Assembly: GCA_947259885.1 (NCBI GenBank)
Contig: CAMYNW010000022.1
Location: 1,871 to 65,870, forward strand
Reading direction: 5' to 3'
Source of the DNA: an uncultured Gammaproteobacteria bacterium
GTDB lineage: Bacteria > Pseudomonadota > Gammaproteobacteria > Arenicellales > Poriferihabitantaceae
Length of the DNA: 64,000 nt
Positions 47,153 through 55,800 of the stretch are shown one piece after another (position 1 is the first letter of the stretch; each line of letters opens with the position of its first letter). The translations under genes were made by a program, and so were the position numbers. The notes below the pieces were generated by a model. That model saw only the letters and a program-made list of their open reading frames with translations, ran no database searches and was not told where the DNA came from.

Positions 47153-47329
47153 AAATCTAATAGTGAATTGAGATAACCATATTGAAGAATCGCATATCAA
47201 GGCGTCTTATTGAATATGGCATTTCGTATAGCGTTGTGTTGAAAATCGATAGAAAGATCTGGATACAACGTTATAATTAACTTTGATGAAGCCATACCAG
47301 CAGTCTCAGCTCCAGGCGTAAACTTTCAT

Positions 47330-48157
47330 ATGCAAAGCCGATATCCGGTCAGAATGGGACCAAAGAGTATTCCGATATCAGATCTCTTTGACGGAATCTC
47401 TGCACTTTATGCTGTTGCAACTGAGGACAAGTTCTTATCGCATTTAATAGAGTTCATAGAAAAATGGATACCGGTTCAGCATGCAGATATTCTGGAGTTC
47501 AAGAAAGGACTTCAGCCTCGATCGTTGAAGGCAACAGCGGGAGGATATGATCACGATTTGTCCAAGTACCTGAACGGCCTTTATTTGTTGGACCCCTATT
47601 ACGATCTATACGAGAACCAGGATCGAACAGGCATTTTTAAATTAAATCTTGAAGATTGGGACAACTTTTCAAGCACGGAAGATTACAAGCGCTATTGGCG
47701 AATGTTCGTGGGTAACAATGAAGTAGCCGGTCTCTATAAAATTACGGATCAGCACTGTATTCACGTATCATTCATGATTCAGACCGAAGACCAGCAACTT
47801 GTGCAGGATGCGGTAGAGTTGATGCGTTTGTTGGAGTCAAATTTCTGTATTCTGTTTAGAAACTATTTCTATTCCAAAGGCCGACAGTCGACGATGAATG
47901 AAATCGATCGCCGCGAATTTCATACAACAGTCAGTGCGGTGCTCGAGAATTTCGGAAGTGATGTATTGAGTGATCGTGAACAAGAGATTGTACGGCTCTT
48001 GTTAAAAGGCCATTCAGCAAAATCCATAGCGACTCTTCTCGACATTACAGCCGGAACGGTCAGTGTTCATCGTTCAAATATTTATCAAAAGCTGGCTGTC
48101 GCGGGGCAAGGAGATCTTTTTTCTGAATTTGTTACGAGCCTGACAAGTCTAAGATAA
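47330..48157 (+). CDS. LuxR-family transcriptional regulator (C-terminal HTH; N-terminal domain of unknown type)
   Basis: C-terminus 'LSDREQEIVRLLLKGHSAKSIATLLDITAGTVSVHRSNIYQKL'. It is divergent from the aminotransferase gene. Confidence 0.8.
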   Translation: MQSRYPVRMGPKSIPISDLFDGISALYAVATEDKFLSHLIEFIEKWIPVQHADILEFKKGLQPRSLKATAGGYDHDLSKYLNGLYLLDPYYDLYENQDRTGIFKLNLEDWDNFSSTEDYKRYWRMFVGNNEVAGLYKITDQHCIHVSFMIQTEDQQLVQDAVELMRLLESNFCILFRNYFYSKGRQSTMNEIDRREFHTTVSAVLENFGSDVLSDREQEIVRLLLKGHSAKSIATLLDITAGTVSVHRSNIYQKLAVAGQGDLFSEFVTSLTSLR

Positions 48158-48203
48158 ATTCAGGTGCGTTGTTTAGTCAATAACTATTGAAGATATTAAA
48201 TAA

Positions 48204-48848
48204 ATGAGTGGATTTCCCGACAGCCTGCTAAGCGGCTATAGTAATTTTATGCGTGGGCGATATCCAGCCGAGCGCGACAGATACTCTAATCTCGCAAAGA
48301 AGGGTCAGAAACCTGAAACGCTAGTCATTGCGTGCTGTGACTCGAGAGCCGCACCGGAGACAGTTTTCGACTGTGGACCTGGAGAACTATTCGTAATGCG
48401 CAACGTTGCGAATCTAGTGCCGCCTTATGCGCCGGATAGCTCTCTTCACGCGACCTCGGCGGCTCTCGAATTTGCCGTGCAGGCGCTGCGTGTCAAACAT
48501 ATCGTGGTGATGGGGCATGGGCGCTGCGGTGGTATTCAGGCTGCGCTGGACCCCGCAGATGAACCCTTATCTCCGGGTGACTTTATCGGCAACTGGATGA
48601 GTATGGTCGCTCCTCTGGCAGAACAAATGCAGAACTATACAGCGCTTACCGAATCTGAGCGTCAAACTGCGCTTGAACGAATCTCCATCCGTAATTCAAT
48701 CAATAATTTGCTGACATTTCCGTGTATAAAAATTTTATTTGAACAGGGGAAACTACATCTTCATGGCGCCTGGTTTGATATATCTACCGGGGAGCTTTGG
48801 GTAATGGATGCCGACAGCGGTGATTTTGAGCGACCTGATATCGATTGA
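48204..48848 (+). CDS. Beta-class carbonic anhydrase
   Basis: 'LVIACCDSRAAPE' and 'VVMGHGRCGGIQAAL' supply the Zn ligands (Cys, His, Cys) of beta-CAs. Confidence 0.9.
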   Translation: MSGFPDSLLSGYSNFMRGRYPAERDRYSNLAKKGQKPETLVIACCDSRAAPETVFDCGPGELFVMRNVANLVPPYAPDSSLHATSAALEFAVQALRVKHIVVMGHGRCGGIQAALDPADEPLSPGDFIGNWMSMVAPLAEQMQNYTALTESERQTALERISIRNSINNLLTFPCIKILFEQGKLHLHGAWFDISTGELWVMDADSGDFERPDID

Positions 48849-49157
48849 CAGGCTGGCCTGTGCGCAGTCGCCCTGATTAATATTGCATTACTGGGAGGAC
48901 TCTACCGAAGTAAGTTTGACCTGTATCAAATAACCTTATGCGCCAATAAGTTAAAAACATAGGAATTCGGGCCATGGTCGATTCCGCTGTACTGATGCGG
49001 AGTCTGGTTTTGCTCTCCATCACTCTCTATGAGGAATGCTCAATGGGCCGTATAAAGGTAGCCGGGTTTATTTTCCCCGGCACTTTCTTGGAAAGAAAAC
49101 TGGTCGCTCACCAGTGTGGAGAGGCATTGCGACCTTAACTACTAATTGGAAAAAACA

Positions 49158-50129
49158 ATGAACTTAAGTAAATTACTACGAATAATTACCAATGCCGCAG
49201 TATTTTCGGCTCTATTTACACTCCCTGCACTATCAAACGCAGCAGAAAGGATCGTATTTGGTGGCGGTCCAGCCGGCGGCACTTTTCAGGTTGTAGCAAA
49301 CGCCATTCAGGTCTATGGACCTGTTAAAGAATCTACTGATTACACGGTAAAAGCCCAGTCATCTGCAGGCTCGATTGAGAATCTTCGCAAAGTCAATCAA
49401 GGTAAATCTGATTTTGGTGTTGTGTATTCTGGACATGTGTATCTTGGACGAGAGGGATCGCTCAAGAACGATACCAACAAGTATGAGGATGTGATGGCAG
49501 TATCCTTCTTGTATGGCGCCCCGGCCCAACTCGTGGTCCGCAAAGATTCAGGGATTACCAGCGTTAAAGATCTTGAAGGAAAAAAGGTGGGCGTTGGTAA
49601 CGCTGGTTCCGGCGCATTCGCTAACTGTGAATTGTTCTTTACCCACATGGGGGTCTGGGACAAGATCGAGCGTAATGCAATGGGCTATAACGATGCCGCA
49701 AATGCATTTGGTAATAACCAGCTCGACGCTTTCTGGCTGTTTACCGCTTTTCCCAGCGGCGCTGTGATCATGGCTGCCCAAACCAACGATATTGATCTGA
49801 TTGATCTTGGTAAGGATGCGGAGGAAAGTGGTTTCTATGAGAAGTACCCTTACTTTTCCAAGCTATCAGTTCCCGCTGGCACCTATAAAGGTGTTGAGAA
49901 AGAATCACCTTCGTTTCGGGATTCAGCGCTATGGGTAGCGAATGCGGAGGTGTCGGACGAAATCGTTTACGATCTGCTTTCAAAAATATATACCGACGAA
50001 GGACTTGCGTATATGAAGGAACAGAAAAAGACGTTCAACGAGATGGCTATTGAAACTGGAATTGATGGGATAGTCACACCGCTTCATCCGGGCGCGGAGA
50101 AATTCTGGAAAGAAAAAGGTCTGATGTAG
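49158..50129 (+). CDS. TAXI-family TRAP transporter solute-binding protein
   Basis: The ATG at 49158 gives the signal peptide 'MNLSKLLRIITNAAVFSALFTLPALSNAAE'. 'GGGPAGGTFQVVANAI', 'SSAGSIENLRKVNQGKSDFGVVYS' and 'LHPGAEKFWKEKG' are TAXI hallmarks. Confidence 0.85.
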   Translation: MNLSKLLRIITNAAVFSALFTLPALSNAAERIVFGGGPAGGTFQVVANAIQVYGPVKESTDYTVKAQSSAGSIENLRKVNQGKSDFGVVYSGHVYLGREGSLKNDTNKYEDVMAVSFLYGAPAQLVVRKDSGITSVKDLEGKKVGVGNAGSGAFANCELFFTHMGVWDKIERNAMGYNDAANAFGNNQLDAFWLFTAFPSGAVIMAAQTNDIDLIDLGKDAEESGFYEKYPYFSKLSVPAGTYKGVEKESPSFRDSALWVANAEVSDEIVYDLLSKIYTDEGLAYMKEQKKTFNEMAIETGIDGIVTPLHPGAEKFWKEKGLM

Positions 50130-50138
50130 AGTACTGAA

Positions 50139-50176
50139 GAGGGAAAGGCGGACAAATAGAACTCCGTCTTTCCCTC
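50139..50176 (+). promoter_or_regulatory. Intercistronic stem-loop between the TAXI binding-protein gene and the permease gene
   Basis: GAGGGAAAGGCGGA-(10-nt loop)-TCCGTCTTTCCCTC pairs at 13 of 14 positions. It starts 10 nt after the stop at 50129. No U-tract follows, so it looks more like an mRNA-stabilising or partial-termination element than a canonical terminator. Confidence 0.5.
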
Positions 50177-50222
50177 CAATCTCTATGCAACAATAATATT
50201 TGGGGCCGATGAGAAGAAATTT

Positions 50223-51956
50223 ATGTTTGATAAACTAACTCGAGCGGAACAGGTTATCTTCGATGTATTAGCCGTTTTCCTCGTGCTTTTCTATTCCTAT
50301 TCGGCGGTCCTGGAGCCGGCAGCGACCCAGTATCACCGTGGCATATATGTCATCATCACATATATCCTTGTATTCCTGCTTTATAAATCCGACTCTACTC
50401 TAGGCAGAATAACTGATTATGTTCTTATATTAATTTCTGTGATCACGATCGGCTATTGGATCTATAACTTCGAAGTTATTAACTATCGTGCAGGCGCAGA
50501 AACCACACTGGATAAAACCATTGCAGTTGCCGGGGTCCTGATTGGTATTGAACTTGCGAGAAGGGTGGTTGGAAATATCTTTGTGGTCATTGGTGGGATC
50601 ATGTTGCTCTATGGGGTGTTCGGAGAATATGCACCAGAACTGATTTCTCATGCAGGGGACACTTTCCCTGATCTGTGTACCAGCATTTTTTATAAAAGTG
50701 ACGGCGTTTTTGGCATCATGGCCAATGTGTTGGCGACCTACGTCGTGTTGTTTGTGATTTTTGGTGCCTTTCTCGAAAAGTGCGGTGCACATCGATTCTT
50801 TATGAGCTGGCCAATGGCAGCAGTCGGGCACAAGATCGGCGGGCCGGGAAAGGTGGCTGTCATTGCGAGCGGGCTGTTTGGTTCGATATCGGGCAGCGCC
50901 ATTGCAAATACAGTATCAACAGGCGCGTTCACCATTCCGCTGATGAAGAAGGCTGGCTTCAAGCCGCATGTGGCAGGAGCCATTGAGCCTGCAGCTTCAA
51001 TTGGTGGTATGTTCTTGCCACCGATCATGGGGGCCGGCGGATTTATCATGGCCGAGCTGACGGGTATCCCTTATTCGCAGATCATGTTGATCGCAATTTT
51101 TCCGGCGCTGATGTATTTCTTCAGCGTTTTCGTCATGGTGCATTACGAAGCCAAGAAACATAATATCGTCGGTGAGAAAAGTGAAGAGAGTGCCAAAGCG
51201 ATTTTTGCGCGCGAATGGTTTTATCTTTTACCGCTCGTGGCTATTACTATACTAATGTTGGCAGGATACTCTCCCGGGTATGCTGCAATCCTTGGTGTTG
51301 TTTCTTGTATCGTGGTCAGCTGGTTCAGAAAGGACACGAGGATTGACATTAAAGGTTTCATCCACGCATCACGGGCGGGCGCCGAGAGCAGTTTAAAGAT
51401 AGGTGCGACCGTTGGCGTGATCGGTATCATTATTGGTGTATTAACCTACAGCGGTCTGGTGCTGACATTTGCCGATATTGTCATTGAACTGGCGAACGGA
51501 AAGCTGTTCCTGACTATTTTGCTGATTGCGCTGGCTTCCCTGGTGCTTGGAATGGGTGTGCCTGTCACCGCGGCTTACCTGATTACCGCTGTGGTAGCAG
51601 TTCCAGCACTTACGCATCTTGGCGTCAATCCAATTGCAGCGCACATGATTGTGTACTGGCTGTCTCAGGATTCAAACATCACCCCGCCGGTCTGCATCGC
51701 TGCCTTTGCCGGCGCCACCATTGCCAAGGCGGACATGTGGAAAACAGCGTTTAACGCATTTAAATTTGCGAAGTTTCTATATTTGGCGCCATTTCTGTTT
51801 GGATATGTGCCCGGATTTTCTTTAGACGGCAGTGCCACCGATATTGTTATCGCATTCGCGCTGATTGCGCTCGGGACCTTTGCCTATTCCTGGTTTCTCA
51901 GTGGTATCTGGATAAAGCCACTAAAGAGTCGGTTTGCAGGAGCACCGAAAGCTTGA
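50223..51956 (+). CDS. TRAP transporter fused permease (TAXI-associated DctQM-type)
   Basis: Highly hydrophobic 577-aa protein with many TM helices. It carries 'GPGKVAVIASGLFGSISGSAIANTVSTGAFTIPLMKKAGF' and 'GGMFLPPIMGAGGFIMAE', blocks typical of TRAP large-subunit permeases. Confidence 0.85.
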   Translation: MFDKLTRAEQVIFDVLAVFLVLFYSYSAVLEPAATQYHRGIYVIITYILVFLLYKSDSTLGRITDYVLILISVITIGYWIYNFEVINYRAGAETTLDKTIAVAGVLIGIELARRVVGNIFVVIGGIMLLYGVFGEYAPELISHAGDTFPDLCTSIFYKSDGVFGIMANVLATYVVLFVIFGAFLEKCGAHRFFMSWPMAAVGHKIGGPGKVAVIASGLFGSISGSAIANTVSTGAFTIPLMKKAGFKPHVAGAIEPAASIGGMFLPPIMGAGGFIMAELTGIPYSQIMLIAIFPALMYFFSVFVMVHYEAKKHNIVGEKSEESAKAIFAREWFYLLPLVAITILMLAGYSPGYAAILGVVSCIVVSWFRKDTRIDIKGFIHASRAGAESSLKIGATVGVIGIIIGVLTYSGLVLTFADIVIELANGKLFLTILLIALASLVLGMGVPVTAAYLITAVVAVPALTHLGVNPIAAHMIVYWLSQDSNITPPVCIAAFAGATIAKADMWKTAFNAFKFAKFLYLAPFLFGYVPGFSLDGSATDIVIAFALIALGTFAYSWFLSGIWIKPLKSRFAGAPKA

Positions 51957-52013
51957 CTGGATAGCGGATGAATCCTCACTCCGCACAGAATTCTGGATTT
52001 AAACGAGTGGTAG

Positions 52014-52870
52014 TTATCTTCTAGAATACTTGTTATTGGCTTGCAGAATATTTCCCATAATCTCGGCTATTTCATATACCTGTGGTGCTTCCAGAATGCT
52101 TCGGTGGTGCCCGGACACTAGAAACGACTCTAGTCTCCCCCCACATGCTGCGTTCCATAAAGACAATTCGTATTGAGTCTTTTCTGCGTTTTGGAATTGT
52201 TCACTATAGAGAAAAGTGACTTCACCTGGGTATTCACTGGTCCTATACCGTCTCGTCAGAAAAGCCTGATAGAGAAACATCCGCTTGGTACGGTCGCCGG
52301 TGGATTGTTCAGAGGCTTTAGACTGAGATTGATGCGTCAATTTATAAACAAATGGCATAGTGGAGATGTATTTTTTTGTGAGCTCCAGGAATCTTCCTGT
52401 TTTTAGGTGTCTGATCACTTTAATGGGGAGTGGGGCGGTTCGCGAATAGCGAACTTTGGATCGTAAGTTTTCCGAAGTCGAGGGTTGCAGTTTACTTAAG
52501 TGAGGCCCTCCAGCATCAAGAACGAATAGTTCGTTGACCTTGTCCCCGGATTGCATGAGTTGCTGGGCGATCTCAAAAGCGATTAATCCACCGAAACACA
52601 TTCCACATAGAGTGTATGGTCCAGTAGCGTGAACAGACTTGATTTCTTTAATATAGCTCGCGGCCATTTCTTCGATTGACGAAAAACGCTTTCGTTCATC
52701 TCCGAGCTCGGGGCTTTGCAAACCATAGAATGGCTGATTGTCTCCAAGACTCAGGGATAAATCACGGTAAAAAAGAACGTTGCCTTCGGCATGTATGCCA
52801 AAAATAGGGGATTTATCACCCTGCGGTTGAATTGGGACCAGGACTTGTAAATGTGATTCGGCTCCCTTTA
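52014..52870 (-). other. Thioesterase domain with GxCxG (Cys replacing the nucleophilic Ser)
   Basis: The usual 'G(W/Y)S.GG' motif reads 'GMCFGG'. The Cys codon TGT lies at 52596-52598 on the - strand (aa 1727). A candidate catalytic His sits in 'VSGHHRSILE'. Confidence 0.8.
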
Positions 52871-55800
52871 GCAGGGCTTTTGCCAGGCTTTCAACGGTAT
52901 TGTTTTCTATCAGCATCGCAAGCGGCATTTTAAGGTCTAATAGTTTCTCTATTGCATTGGCTACCCGCACCGCTAACAGCGAATTCCCACCCAGGTCAAA
53001 AAAACTTTGTTCAACATTTTCGACTCGTTGTCTTAGGATATCTTGCCAGATCGCGACAATAGATCTTTCGAGCCCGGTATTGCCCGCATATCTCTGATTA
53101 CGATTTGGTGCTTCCTTATATTGAACGTGATCTACATCAAAAAATGATCTGCTCACCCTTGCAAGTTTCATCATTTCAGCAGGATTTTCTGAGTCAATCC
53201 ATGAAATCAATAAATCTTTTACAGTTGCCATCAATTGTTGACCTAAAGCATGGTTGAATACCGCGCTATTGAAATGCAGGCTCACGGTAAGCGCGTTACT
53301 CTCTGGAACCCCGACCAAGGTTAGAGGAAAGTTACTTGAAATGCCGGACTGGGAAAACTGAGTGTACTGACCACGTCGCTGAAGCGAAGTAATCAAAATA
53401 CTGTGCTTATGATCGATGTGTTTACCCGGCTGCCAGGGGAAATTCTCCATCATCAAGAGTGACTGGATTCCTACGGGTCCTTTTTTAGTTTTGACTATGG
53501 TGTTCAATGGGTGCACACACCAGTTCTGCAATACATTGGGTGAGACGTGTTCGCAGTCACGCAGTGAATTAGATTGTTTTTCGATTTGAGAGACGAACTC
53601 TGAAAACTCTGCCTCATCCGGTTGATTACAGATAACAGGGAGATGGTTAACAAACTGACCTGTCATCTTGTCAATGCCAGGGACTGGTGCGGTGCGACCG
53701 GAAACCGTGGTAAAAAAGGCGACAAGGTCGGCGTCACTGGCTGAACTCAGGCAAGCCGCCCAGGCCGCCTGCAACAATTGAGCAAAGGTGATCTGATTTT
53801 CCGCCAGGTGATCTTCCAGCCGCAAGAATGTATCTCCGGATATCTGGAATTCAGCTGAAACTTGCTTGCGACTTCTTTCCTGGCCTAGTGATAGCGCCGA
53901 CAGATCAGTCCTTGATTGGGCATAGGGCCCAAGAAAATTCGTCCAGTGCTTTTTTACTCCCAGTAAATCTGTCTGGGAAAGCCAGCGCTGGTACTGATAA
54001 AACTGAGGGGGATCCGACAGCCGGGTCACAGTTTCCATCAGCCTTGATTGATAAATTTCTATAACCTCCTGCAGAATAATCGAGGCCGACCAACCGTCAA
54101 CTAATCCATGATGAAAACTCCAGCATAAAATTGATTCATTCTGTTCAAGCTGGAATACAAAAATTCGCCAGGATGGATACTGATCAAGGTTGAGACCCTG
54201 TTGTCTATCGGCTGTCAGTCGCTTATCGATGGATTCCATTGGATTGTTCGGGTCTACATTCTCATATGAAATCTTCACCTCGCTCCTTGCATACACAACC
54301 TGTTCGGGTTCAGCTTTGTCACGCCAATGAATCAAGGTTCTCAGCGCGTCATGTCTGGTCACCACCTCGCTGCAGCACCGCTGCAGCAGATCGAGATCAA
54401 GATCGCCTTCAATTCGAGCCTGAATTTGCATGTGTCCAGGATCAGCAGCGCCACGACTCAAGTGAGAGAACAGGAATGCCGCCTGAGTGTCGCTTAGAGG
54501 AAAAGCGGCCGTCGCTTTTTCTCCATACTCTTCGGTAATTCGTTTCTTCTCTTCTGGTGTAACTAACCATGCTGCGTTCGAGGCCTTTGTCACTGTCGGT
54601 GCCATGCGGAGGCTCAGCTGCGCGATAGTTGGCGCTTCGAACAGATCGTTTGGACCAACCTTGAAACCTGCTTGCAGGATTTTAGAAACAATCTGGATAC
54701 TAAGTATTGAATCTCCGCCTAGACTAAAAAAGTTATCATCAATGCTGATTTGCTCCACGCCAAGAACTGTCTGCCAGATTTCCTGAAGGCAGCGCTGGAC
54801 CTCACTACTGGGTTGTCGAACACCATTTCGGGGTGAGGAGTTGCCATCATGCTGTTCAGCGATCTTTGCTAGAGCTTGCCTATCCAGCTTTTCGTTCGAC
54901 AAGGTCGGAAGTTCGGGCAGTTCGATAATCTGTGCTGGCACCATGTGTGACGGTAATTGAGTCGCAAGAGTGTCACGCAGTGTGTCTATTGTCCCTTCAT
55001 CAGACTCCATCACGACAAATGCGGTGAGTGTCGGCGCTCCTGCGCGAGAATACACCGAAACTATACTAGCAGCCCGGACATCGGGTAGAGACAAAATTCG
55101 CGCTTCGATTTCACCGGGATCAATACGGTGTCCGCGGATCTTGATCTGTTGATCGATTCGACCGAGGTAAATCAGGTTTCCATCTTCCAAGTACCGGACC
55201 AGGTCACCTGTATGGTAAACGGTGGTATTACCCTGATCGATGCAGAGGTGTCGGCGAAAGGCATTCTGAGTGGCCTCACTCTCTTGCCAGTAACCTGCTG
55301 AGACCCCGTCTCCTGCAATAACCAGTTCACCCGAAGCACCCAAAGGCGCAAGTTGCTCGTTCGGGTTCATGACAAACAGTCTAGTATTGGCTATGGGTCT
55401 GCCTATAGGCACCGGAACTGAACTGTCGTGGTGTGTCGCATCGTAGGCCGCGCACCATACGGTTGCCTCAGTGGGCCCGTATTCGTTGAAAATCTGGGCG
55501 TTCGGTAACAACGATCGATGCTGCTTCAGGTGCTCACCCGAGGGCATGGCTTCACCCGCATTGATGACAACCTGTATGCTACGGAGCGCCGATTTTTGCT
55601 CGCTCGAAGATGCATGGTCAAGTACGGACTGATACAGGCTGGGCAGGCATAACGTATGACTGATTTGCTCGGTAGAAATGGTGTGCAAAAGACTCTCGAT
55701 ATCCTGTTCCTGACGCGGTAGCGAAATCACCAGCTTTCCGCCATTAATCAAGGTCCAGAATATTCCAGCCACAGAGCTGTCAAAGGACAGTGATGAAAGC

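Noticed and set aside
48974-49138. A 54-codon ORF (MVDSAVLMRSLVLLSITLYEEC...) and a small hairpin GCCGGG-n9-CCCGGC (49061-49081) in the gap before the TAXI-TRAP genes.
   Set aside because: No family recognition is possible. The hairpin lies inside the ORF, and neither feature can be supported without conservation or expression data.
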